In this document: in pieces, positions 53,055 to 64,000 of the stretch
Layout: each line of letters starts with the position of its first letter
Position numbering within the stretch: position 1 is the stretch's first letter
NCBI RefSeq assembly: GCF_018977255.1
Contig: NW_024704743.1
Location: forward strand, 61,196,001-61,260,000
Source of the DNA: Callorhinchus milii
Taxonomy: Eukaryota
DNA: 64,000 nucleotides
Reading direction: 5' to 3'
Position numbers and translations under genes: made by a program
Notes under the pieces: generated by a model
Databases searched by the model: none
Seen by the model: only the letters and a program-made list of their open reading frames with translations
Told to the model about the DNA's origin: nothing

Positions 53055-53872
53055 AACTGTAACCATGACACTGACTGTAATCGTGTTACTGACTGTAATT
53101 GTGTTACTGACTGTAATTGTGTCACTGACTGTATCGTGTTACTGACTGTAATCGTGTCACTAACTGTTGTTGTGTCACTGACTGTAATCGTGTCATTGAC
53201 TAAACATGTCACTGAGTGTAATCATGTCACTGACTGTAATCGTGTCACTGACTGTAATCGTGACACTGACTGTAATCCTGTCACTGACTGTAATCGTGAC
53301 ACTGACTGCAATCATGTAATTGACTGTAATAATCGTGTCACTGATTGTAATCGTGTCACTGACTATAATTGTGTCATTGTCTGTAATCGTGTCACTGACT
53401 GTAATTGTGTCACTGACTGTAAGTGTGTCACTGACTGTAATTGTGTCACTGACTGTAATTGTGTCACTAACTGTAATCGTGTCACTGACTGTAATCGTGT
53501 CATTGACTGTGATCGTGTCACTGACTGTAATCGTGTCACTGACTGTGATCGTGTCACTGACTATAATTGTGTCATTGTCTGTAAACGTGTCACTGACTGT
53601 AATTGTGTCACTGACTGTAAACGTGTCACTGACTGTAAACGTGTCACTGACTGTAATTGTGTCACTGACTGTAATTGTGTCACTGACTGTAATCGTGTCA
53701 CTGACTGTAATTGTGTCACTGACTGTAATCGTGTCACTGACTGTAATTGTGTCACTGACTGTAATTGTGTCACTGACTGTAATCGTGTCACTGACTGTAA
53801 TTGTGTCAATGACTGTAATCGTGTCACTGACTGTAATTGTGTCACTGACTGTAATCGTGTCACTGACTGTGA
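53055..53872. repeat. 18-bp minisatellite (GTGTCACTGACTGTAATY), about 45 units, in a GABBR2 intron
   Basis: Direct tandem array; explains the long low-complexity ORFs on both strands. Confidence 0.97.
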
Positions 53873-54877
53873 ACATAACACTGACTTTAACATCACTCTG
53901 ACGGTAACATGGTGAAGAATCTTCACAGTTATATAAGGGGTGATCAAGAAAACAAATCTGTCCCAGAGGCTGCAGTGAGCGAGCAGCTTCAAAGCATGAA
54001 GCATGTCGACATGCGATTACCAAGCGCACAATAACTCCCTTGATAACAATTAAGGTTATGCGGCAGCTCACTACAATGCACTTCCCCTTTAATGACTGTG
54101 ACATGATTGAATTCAATTTATCACTGCTATGAAACCAGCGGTGTGAAGGTATAAAGCATTGAGTATGCTTTTATAATCAATGAGATCTCAGTTGCATAAA
54201 TGATTCACGTTATGGAACTGGGTTTCCACACTTTAGTTGAAAAGGCTCAAACAATAAATTGCAGTAACTTGTCAGGGGCTAATTTCAGTCTCTGGCTGTG
54301 TGACTCAAAGTAACTGTAAATATTATAAGGACATGATACATTTTTAAATCAATGGGATGTGGACAGAATTGAACACAGATGTATAGTGCCTGGCTACAGC
54401 TACAGCTAACATTTATTTTTAACATTTAGAGATCCAGTGCATCATTCGCCTGCATATTTTAAAGTGGTTCTGTAGCAGGTTATTAAGATTTATGATTGTT
54501 GGCGTCATACCACTATTCCATAATTCCTGACATTAATTCCTGCTAATGGGATTTTCAAGAGAGTGGGAAGACTTGAAATGAGCAAGGTGACAGCCTACTT
54601 CACATAAAAACATGGGAAGTGTTAAAGTCACTCCTGGGCTTATTATAATCTTGTTGAAAATTAAACTCAAGTAATAGCAAAATCAAACAAAATTTTATTT
54701 TTAATGTCATATTACACTGCCGATGAGTGCCATTGAGCACAGAGTGACACGTGAATGACAGCAGCACCACTCTCTCCTGTCTCTGGTGCTCCCCATAGAT
54801 ACTTAATCCCTTCAACCAACTGTAACATAGACACCGGAGGCTTCACATTCTGCCCAGTCTACAGGCAAATTCACTTT

Positions 54878-55027
54878 GCCTTAAAACTTAAGATTGCGCA
54901 GAATTGTGGGAAATTCTTAAATTCAGTTCTTCCTTTAGAAGCTGTTTTAGAAGAAGTTCTGAAAAACTTTCAAATTAAGACAATGTGAGAATCTTCCAGA
55001 ATTCTGCCCAATCTTAAGTTTTAAGGC
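54878..55027. mobile_element. 150-bp MITE with 32-bp terminal inverted repeats
   Basis: Left gccttaaaacttaagattgcgcagaattgtgg versus reverse complement of the right end gccttaaaacttaagattgggcagaattctgg (2 mismatches). Confidence 0.85.
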
Positions 55028-55713
55028 CGAAACAGGCTAAGACTCAGTGGAATTTTGCTCATCTACAGCAACAATGTTTTACATAGCTATTAATTAACAG
55101 CTGGAACAGGTTGCTAAGAAGGATGGCTGAGGTCAGGGCTCGCAGAATAATTAAGAAACAGCTTAATTCCGTTTACTGTTTTGGGAAGACAGTAGGATTT
55201 GTATCCTGGAAGGTGCAATCATCTGGGTCAAGGGGCCTTCTTCATTCAGATTACCTTGTGATCTCTTTAATGGGATATAAGCCTCTTGGGGATATTTGGA
55301 ATACAACACAGGAAAGAGATTATTGGTACCTACTGGCAATCAAATCATGAAATCTAATGTTACACTCCAGAATATTAAAGACTCTCATTTTTGGAACAGA
55401 GTGCAGTTCCCTCTTTAACCTAATTGTTAAATCATTCAAAAATCTATTTGCCATTCCTGACCTAAAAAGCCTGGACTCAACAGATTCCATTGCTCCAGCA
55501 CTGAGCCACAAGTTAAGCTTCTTACAAATGATTACACAGAATTCATCTGTTTAACAATTAGAAACAGAGTATGGTACAGAGTGAATAATACTTCCATCCA
55601 ATCATCCAATTTAACTCAAAATAAATATGTACCCCACAGCTCAATTCCTGAGCTACTACTTGCTTAAAAATCACGATTCTTTCAAGCATTTAACAGATTG
55701 TTTAACTGGGATT

Positions 55714-57214
55714 TATAAGAACATAAGAATTAGGAGCAGGAGTAGGCCATTCGGCCCCTCGAGCCTGCCCCGCCATTTGATAAGATCATGGCTGATCCTC
55801 AGACCTAACTCTAATTACCTGCCCAATCCCCATATCCCCTAATCCCTCTATTTTTAAAAAATCTATCAATCTCAGCCTTGAAGATGTTCAAGAACTGAGC
55901 ACCTACAGCCTTCTGGGGTAGTGAATTCCACAAATTCACTACCCTCTGAGTGAAGAAATGTTTCCTCAACTCTGTTCTAAAAGGCTGACCCTTAATTTTA
56001 AGACTGTGACCCCTGGTTATAGATTCTCCTACCAGGGGAAACAGTCCCTCAACGTCTACTTTATCCAGCCCTTTAAGAATCTTATATGTTTCAATAAGAT
56101 CTCCCCTAATTCTTCTGTACTCTAGAGAATATAGCCCTAGTTTATTCAGCCTATCCTCATAGGTCAGTCCCCTCATCCCAGGAACTAACCTAGTGAATCT
56201 ACGCTGCACACTCTCTAGGGCAAGTATTTTTTTTAAATAAGGAGACCAAAACGGCACACAATACTCTAGTTGCGGTCTCACCAAGGCCCTATACAGTTGC
56301 AGCAAGAAACTTCCCTACTCTTGTACTCTAAACCTTTTGCAATGAACGCTAACATGCCGTTCGCCTTCTTAGTTGCTTGCTGCACCTGCAAACTAACTTT
56401 TTGAGACTGGTGTACAAGGACACCCAAATCCCTCTGAACACTAACACTATCTAATCTCTCCCCCTCTAGAAAATAATCTGTTTTTCTACTTTTGCTACCT
56501 AGGTGAATAACTTCACACTTCCCCCACATTAAATTCCATCTGCCACCTACTCGCCCACTCCCCTAGCCTATCTATATCCCGTTGCAATCTTTTTGCATCA
56601 TCCTCAGAGCTTACTCTCCCACCTAGTTTAGTGTCATCCGTGAATATAGATACGTTACATTCAATGTCCTTGTCTAGATCATTGATGTAAATTGTAAATA
56701 GCTGAGGCCCAAGCACTGATCCTTGTGGCACTCCACTAGTCACATTCTGCAATTCGAGAATGACCCGTTTATCCCTACTCTCTGTTTTCTACCCGTTAGC
56801 CACTCTTCAATCCATGCTAATATGTTCCCATTAATCCCGTGGGCCTTAACCTTGTGCAATAGCCGTTTTTGTGGCACTTTGACAAATGCCTTTTTAAAAT
56901 CTAAATATACTACATCTATTGGTTCCCCCCTATCTAACCTGCTAGATACATCTCCAAAAAACTCTAAAGATTAGTTAAGCATGACTTCCCTTTTGTAAGG
57001 CCATGTTGACTCTGCCTAATTTTGTTATGGTCTTCCAGGAATCCCATAATGACATCCTTAATTAAGGACTCAAGAATTTTTCCTACCACTAATGTCAGAC
57101 TAACTGGTCTATAATTCCCCATCTTTTCTCTCCCACCCTTCTTAAATAGTGGTGTTACATTTGCAATCTTCCAATCAATGGGAACCGTTCCAGAATCCAG
57201 AGAATTTTGGAAGA
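55714..57214 (-). mobile_element. 5'-truncated CR1 LINE (RT region plus 3' tail), frameshifted
   Basis: WKIANVTPLFKKG..NYRPVSLT, SGVPQGSVLGP, F.DDTKLGG, LYRALVRPQLEYC, FFTQRVVNLWNSLP; tail ...cctactcctgctcctaattcttatgttcttat. Confidence 0.96.
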
Positions 57215-57656
57215 CATAACTGGTGATGAAGACTGACAAGCGAAACGGGAAGGTGGCTGAAAAGGAGACTTTGGAAATAATTATTCTTTGGTAAGAATAA
57301 TGTCAAGAATAATGTCACCATCACAGTGAAAGACAGCTCATTCAAAATGAATGGCAGATGGCAGAAGAGTGAGAGATGGAGATGAATTGAGAGAATGAGT
57401 GCAGGCAGAAAAGACAGAATGGAGATATGGATAGAATCAAAAGGGACAAAAGGAAATCTATCTCTAAATGACAGGAGGCATTCTAGTGAAAATTAATTTC
57501 TAAAAAGCATTTTTTTTACTGCGAGAGAAACAGTGAGGAATTAATTAAGGCAGTTAATCCCGTCAATGATATGAGCACTTCACCAGTCAGAAACCACAAC
57601 CCAGTCTGACTTGTAGTTGGTGGCTCAGAAACTAGAGAAAATAGTGCCAGGCCTTC

Positions 57657-57916
57657 CAATAATAATAATAATCCTTGCATTTGATATAGTGTCTTATCAC
57701 ATAGTTGAGACGTCTTAAAGTGCTTCACAGAATATACTGTAAAGTGAATTTACTGTGTATTTTGTGGGCGAAACGTGGCAGCCAATTGCACACAGCAGTG
57801 TCCCACAAACAGTCATGAATTGAGGGTCCAAATGTTTTTATATTTTTTGAGGGAGTATTACCCCAGTAAGTGATCCGCCAATCAACTAATAATCAGGTTC
57901 CTTCTGACTGCTAGGG
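57657..57916 (-). mobile_element. tRNA-derived SINE, long subtype, 5' truncated
   Basis: Tail, body and the central block tgctagg...aggttcct. Confidence 0.85.
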
Positions 57917-58054
57917 AATAATCTCCGTTTTGATAAAGGATAATAATCCTTTATCAAAAGGCCATCAGTTTACACGTAAAGTATTACTAAAGAAATAAAT
58001 ATTCGTAGTATCTTTTTATGTGAAACATCTCAAAGATTGGCAACCACTGGTCTA

Positions 58055-59145
58055 GATAGTAGGAATCTAAGAGAAGTAGAAAGTACAGAGAAATCCAGCA
58101 ATTCAGGTCCAAAAATCTTTAAGAATAGCTACACAGGTAGGTAAGGCTTTAAAAAGGCCAATGGGGTCTTGGGTTTTATATCCAGAAGGTTAGATTACTA
58201 AAGTGAGAAGGTAATGTTGAATTTATACAAAATCTTGGTTCGATCACATTTGAAGCATTGTATCCAATTCTAGTCTCCACACTGTGAAAATGATATAGCA
58301 GCAATTGGAAAGAGTATGGTGTAGGTTTACGAGGATGATACCGGGATGGCAGGTTAACAGGACAGATTGAATAGATTATGCCTTTCTTTGCTGGAGAAGA
58401 GAAGGGGAGATGATAGAGGTGTTTAAAATTATAAAAGGGTTTGATTAGGTTAACATAAATAGGCTGTTTCCACTGGTTGGGGTGACTGTAACAGGGGATG
58501 TAAGTATAAGATAGTGACTTGAGGAATCCAAAAGAGAATTGAGGAGGAACTACTTCACTCAGAGAGTAGTGAGGCTGTAGAACTCGCTACATTAAGTAGT
58601 GATTCAATCAGATAGTACAGATGCATTCAAGAGGAAGTTAGACCTTCACTTGAGGGAGAGGGGAATAGAAAGTTATTGGATGGAGTAAGGAGTGGGTAAT
58701 GACTTGTGTGGTGTATAAACTACAAACTTTTGTGGAGCGAGCGCTCAAACCAATATGCTATAGGACTCCACCTGTACTCCACCTAGTGCTCCACGCCTCT
58801 GTTTACCTAGCAGTGAGTAGAAACCCATTTGTTAGTTGATTGGGGGATCGCTTTTCTGGGAGTAATATTCCCGTCAAAATTAAAAACATAATAATAATAA
58901 TAATTTGGTCACTCAATCCACAACTGTTTGTGGGACACTGCTGTCCACAATTGGCTGTCATGTTTCGGCTGCAAAATATACAGTCAATTCACTTTACAGT
59001 ATATTCTGTGAAGCGATTATAGATGTCTCGAAGACGTGATACGGCACTCCATCAAATGCAAGGATTATTATTATAAACACGGGCACAGACTCGTTGGGAT
59101 GAGTGGCCTTTTTCCGTGCTGTACACTCTTTGTATTCTTATGTTT
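58055..59145 (+). mobile_element. Older CR1 3' fragment split by a SINE insertion
   Basis: Remnants of KKANGVLGFI, LYKILVRSHL, FTQRVV; the 3' tail resumes at 59079 after the insert. Confidence 0.85.
58721..59071 (+). mobile_element. tRNA-derived SINE with an inverted 5' head, flanked by a 7-bp TSD
   Basis: 58737-58769 is the reverse complement of the SINE 5' end; the body runs forward from about 58790; TATAAAC at 58714-58720 and 59072-59078. Confidence 0.85.
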
Positions 59146-60659
59146 TTCTGGTGGCCAATAACATTGCCACATTCAAGAAGAGCACTTTTTCAGCCCCAGT
59201 TACATTATTGTATACTAATAATGTAGTATGTCCTGATCATCTCTCTTAATGGATTCCTGTTCCCCCATCAGATTGAGTTCAAGATCCTCGTTCTCATTTT
59301 TAAAACCCTCCACAGTCTTGCCCTATCCTATCTCTTTGACCTTCAAACCTACCGACCTGGTAAATTTCCAATTTTGCATTTTTGACACCTTTTTCTAACT
59401 GCCTTCCCACATTCAATGATTTATTTTAGGATGTATATACTTATCTAATTTATATACATTAATCCCCAAGTCCCTTTGCTCTTCCACTCCTTTTAATATT
59501 TTACCACCCAGCAGATACTTGTTCTCCTTATTTTTCTTCTCAAAATGTATAACCTAAAACAAACCTAATTTTTCCTTCCCCATCAAACTCAGCTCCCACA
59601 CCCACTCTAGATCCCAAACAGTACTGTGAATGCTCTTTGGGATATCCTCACAATGTGAAAGGTGCTATATTGTAAATTGTATTCTGTAAATTTATACCTA
59701 GGTTAACATAACATATCCACAGGTTATTTTCTCCCAGCAGGTCTAATGTGAATATCACTGTCATCAGTGATAACAGCCTCAGTGCTGTCTCGGAGATAGC
59801 TAGATATAATAGTTCAGGTGCACTAGGATCAGACCTAGGAGAGTTTACACTCCAGACATACTGATCCAACAGAAGCCACAGACCAAGCATGAAAGTATTA
59901 GATTGGTTGTACAAGAGCCCAAAGCATTAGCCATTTGACACTGATACAGTCATCAATGGGATTGTGTATACAGGAAATCAGCAAATTTCCTGACCATGAT
60001 CGGTGCCCGAAACTTACCACCCCTTGCAGCCTAGTTCAGAAGTTCCATTTACGCCTGACAGAGTTTTTAAACACGCTGAGGTTTTATGCTTTTTGCATCC
60101 CCAGAATTGGCACCAGCAAGAACCAGCGCCGTATGAACCAGTTCCCCCATTGTACATCAGAATCCCGAGCCCTTGCAGGGAGCCAGTCTGTCGCTGGTCA
60201 TCAATACAGTGGTTGTATCATTTACCATTTATTGCTTCCAGTATACAAATGAAAAAACAAATAATTATCAAAATCACTGGTTAAACATTGATCAAATAAT
60301 TACAAGAAGCATTTCACTTTCAACATTAAAAAGGGAAACAGTTGAAATCAAAATAGTTCACCATTCATCAAATGCTGTTAATCACATAAACTTGTAAATG
60401 CCCCCGGGTATGCGATAATTACAAGGAGGAATACATGTTCTCTTTGTTTAAAGAATCTTTACTACATCAAGTGCTAAACGTAGCTGCTGATTTCTCTTTG
60501 TAAAATGTTTGATGTTGAGCAGTCTCAAGTCAGTGCCGAGTAGATATGGACTCCTAGCACAACCCTGCCTTAACAAATCACCAGAATTGCCAACAGTTGG
60601 CAATGAACAAACCTGTTTTGAAACATTATATTTTTCACCTCAGTCAGAGTAATTAAACA

Positions 60660-60970
60660 GAATCCTTGCCACTCTGAGACATCTCAAAGTGCTTCAGAGT
60701 AATTGCTGCAAAGTGACCTGTATTTTCAGGCAAACACTGCAGCCAGTTATGCACAGAAAAGTCCCACCACAAATAGCCAAGACCATTTTTGTCTGGAGCA
60801 GTGTTGGTCAGGAAACCCTTTTTGAATAGTGTCATGGGATCTTTAAACGTTCAGCCAAATAGGCAGATGCGTCCTCAGTTAAATGTCTCATCCGAAGGAT
60901 GGCACCTCTGACAATGCAGTGTTTCCCCAATGCTACACTGGAGTGTAAGCTTGGACCATGAGCTCAAGTA
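60660..60970 (-). mobile_element. Old DeuSINE copy
   Basis: gaatagtgtcatgggatctttaaacg...cctcagttaaatgtctcatccgaaggatggcacctctgacaatgcag (well-preserved reverse Deu core). Confidence 0.8.
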
Positions 60971-62284
60971 TAAAATAACCATTGAAGTGGAAAATTGCAT
61001 CTTCTCTGGGGTTAAGAGTGTTGCTGGAGTAGAGGAAATTTTTCTCTTCAGGTAACCAGACTGTACATGACCAGGAAGTCCTTGATACTGGGGACAACTT
61101 GCATTTATTTATATAGCGTTCTTCATGTGGGGTAGCATTTCAGAGCGAATAAACACTGGTGTTTAAAGTGTTTGTTGTCAGTCGGTGTAAATACTCTGTT
61201 CACTATCGGTAACACACTTTTCACCCTGTGTTAAGAATAGGATATGAAAAGTTTACTAGTGTTAAATGGCTGCCTTGTATGTCAGATCTCAGAATAATAG
61301 TTTCGGTATCACTGAAACAGCAGAAGAGGACATAGGTTTAGGATTGCAAAATGTAATTTCAAGACAGACATCAGGAAGCATTTCTTTACCCAGAAAGTAA
61401 TTAGCAACTGGAACAGGTTCCCAGCAATTGTGGTTGAGGTCAAGTCACTGACACTCATTCAACAAGCGAATTGATGTTGTGATGAGGAAGATGATAGGGT
61501 AGTTATTCTGGATGGATGAGATCAGATGGACCAAAGGGTCTTCTTCATCTAAACTTCTTTTGTGAATGTCTAACATGGAAGGTATTTCATTTTTCTGCCT
61601 AAACATCCATCAACTTCAGTAAAATTTGATCAGAAAGAAAATTTCATCAAGTAAAATTTCACCACTTTAACAAACAAGCGTTTGAGAATCTCTGATAGGA
61701 AAGGGATCTTATTGATATATATATACTACAGCTGAGATCAGATGGGAAGCTTTATGCAGCACAAAAGCTTATATATATATCTCTGCATATATACCCCATA
61801 TTTACACATTTTGAAAGCTCTCCTTCTCCTGACACCTGCATAATTGAAATAAAATTGCATAAAAGAAATCAACAAAAAGTTCCTCTGGGGCCTGTCTGTC
61901 CTCTCAGTGTTCCTGTGTCAAGCTCAGTTGGAGCAAAAGTTAAAACAAATTACATTTGTATAGTGCCTTTCACATCAGGAGTATGTCCCATGGGGCTGAA
62001 AGTTAGTTTGCTGATTATTTTAAATTACTACTGGCTAATAAGATGTGCTTGTCAGAGGTTTACTGGAAAAATAATGAAATATTGACAAATTATAAATATT
62101 TTATAAGTAACCTAAGGTAGGTCCTCTAAAGTCACAGAAAAAGCAACTGAGATTATTAGTACCAAACCAAAAGAGGCTGCTTTCAATTATATCTCTTCCT
62201 GTGCCACAGACAGCTTTACTGCCTGCTCTATTCAGTGAAAGGGAGAGAATGCTGTGGCTTATATCTGCCTCATTAGAGCAGCAC

Positions 62285-62661
62285 TACATGCCAGCCAGGG
62301 CAACAGCACACGCCAGCCAGGGCAACAGCACACGCCAGCCAGGGCAACAGCACACGCCAGCCAGGGCAACAGCACACGCCAGCCAGGGCAACAGCACACA
62401 CCAGCCAGGGCAACAGCACACGCCAGCCAGGGCAACAGCACACGTCAGCCAGGGCAACAGCACACGCCAGCCAGGGCAACAGCACACGTCAGCCAGGGTA
62501 ACAGTACAAACCAGCCATGGAAATACCACACCCAACCAGGGGAACACCACACGCCAGCCAGGGGAACAGCACACACCAGCCAAGGCAACAACACACGCTA
62601 GCCAGGGGAACAGCACATGCCAGCCATGGGAACAGCACACACCAGCCAGGACAACAGCACG
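62285..62661. repeat. 22-bp minisatellite (CACGCCAGCCAGGGCAACAGCA), about 17 units, degenerating rightwards
   Basis: Direct tandem array; source of the PARATAHASQGNSTRQPGQQH pseudo-ORFs. Confidence 0.96.
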
Positions 62662-63814
62662 TGTCAAGCCATTATGCTTAAGTCGGGATGGGTGGGGGGG
62701 TGGGGGGGTCTGTTCAATTCCAAACCTGTTGAGAGCTAAACAAGTCAATAAGTTCAAATCCCAGTTTTGAGTCATTTAATGATTATCACTGACGATGATT
62801 ATCGCCGGTGACAATGTTTAAATGGCAGCGTCTCTGTGTGGTAATGTGTATGATTATGGGTTAAGTGCTCTTTGTGGCTCTGTGTGATAAGGAGCTGCAG
62901 GATTCTGCGCTGTTCAGTACATTTATCCAATTTCTTACTGTGCTTATAAATAGATGCACTGCAATATAAAAACAAGATCTGTTAAATGTAAACTAGAACT
63001 AAACATAGAAAATTACATTAAAGTTATTGGTAAACAGAACTGGCAAAACACACCAATCAGAGCAGAGTAACATTTTGCCTATATCAGTTAATGTATACAA
63101 TACAATTTACATAATGCCTTTCACGTCACGAGGACATCCCAAGGTGCTTAATGATGCTGAGTGGGAACCCGAGCTGGGCGAGGGAGTCCAGGCGGCAGGT
63201 TCAGGAAAGATGACTGAAAGTGCGGTTAAAGAGGTGGAACACACAGAGCAGAATAAAGCAACCCCTGCAATTTGTTTGTACTGTACAAGTCCTGGCTTTT
63301 GAATTCTCTTTTCTTTGTAGCACTTCAACTGCCTTAAACATGACAGTCACTAAATGCAAGTACAGATGCAAATGTCGGCACCTTTTCATCTTGGAAAGCT
63401 TCAAAAGGCAAGAGGACAAAGCAAGCAGCAGTCATGCCTTGCTGTGCCACACCACGCACACAAGCTACAAATCAATTCAGCTCTGAACCTTGTTGTAATA
63501 ACCCAATGACAGTCACAGCAGATCCCCACCATGTCGGAGAGTTGACACCTGCCATAGATATAGCAATGTTACAGTCGCAAAGTCCTTGAAAACAAATCTC
63601 CGTTTTTGTCACTGTGACTTTCTGATGAGTTAAATCAATTCATTTCTGTGACTAGCTTTCCGCGTTTCCCCTCAGTTTATTATCACATGGCTTCAGGAGG
63701 CCACACATATCACTACTTTACACCCAGATGACACACAGAACCAGGCTGCAGAAAATAGCAAACCCACAAAAATATTAATCCTTGCATAGCTCCTCATCAC
63801 ATTGTCTAAACATC

Positions 63815-64000
63815 TCATAGATACACAGAAACAGGAGTAGGCTACTCAGTCCCTCGAGCCTGTCCCACCACTCTATAAAATCACGGCTGATCTAAACCTC
63901 AAGTTCAGTTACGCGCCCTTGCCCCGTATCCCTTAATACCCTGACCTAACAAACATTTATCTACCTCCACCTTGAATCACTTCACAGGATTCACTGAAAT
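63815..64000 (-). mobile_element. CR1 3' end, cut by the window edge
   Basis: acaggagtaggctactcagtccctcgagcctg...atcacggctgatct...cccgtatcccttaatacc; similar to 55714-55900. Confidence 0.8.

Noticed and set aside
53055..53872. CRISPR-like array
   Set aside because: Units are contiguous with no unique spacers, there are no cas genes, and the DNA is eukaryotic.
52971..54116. 314-aa and 307-aa ORFs resembling antifreeze or repeat proteins
   Set aside because: They are products of a stop-free 18-bp tandem repeat open in several frames on both strands, with no signal peptide or exon context.
55714..57214. Active or domesticated reverse transcriptase
   Set aside because: 5'-truncated and split over several frames with an altered catalytic motif. 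The L2 copies at 31281 and 49301 are likewise frameshifted.
62201..62775. Overlapping 115-189 aa ORFs
   Set aside because: They are translations of the 22-bp minisatellite.
51537..64000. Further upstream GABBR2 exon (coiled-coil region, LDKDLEEVTMQL...)
   Set aside because: Not found by eye on the minus strand; probably beyond the window end.

Overview
This is vertebrate genomic DNA, most likely from a cartilaginous fish (inferred from the DeuSINE, L2, CR1 and tRNA-SINE landscape and from protein divergence; not proven). It holds the 3' ends of two convergent genes. On the + strand are the last nine coding exons of ELP2 (Elongator subunit 2, WD40), 3167-28188. They splice in one frame, and the final intron is U12-type (GTATCCTTT donor, TTCTTTAAC branch point). 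On the - strand are the last two coding exons of GABBR2 (GABA-B receptor subunit 2; 51416-51536 and 45389-45554, ending ...FRVMVSGL*) with a probable 2.4-kb 3' UTR. The rest is intronic or intergenic and dense in repeats: L2 and CR1 fragments, a young tRNA-Ala-derived SINE, old DeuSINEs, two kinds of MITE, an unclassified dispersed repeat and two minisatellites. Almost all ORFs in the supplied track are spurious or LINE debris. I found no evidence of a new multi-gene system. The best leads are the U12 intron, a Pro-to-Val change in a conserved ELP2 motif, the ELP2-GABBR2 adjacency, a 5'-inverted (twin-primed) SINE, an H/ACA-like intronic structure and local templated duplications. Repeat boundaries are approximate and were read by eye.
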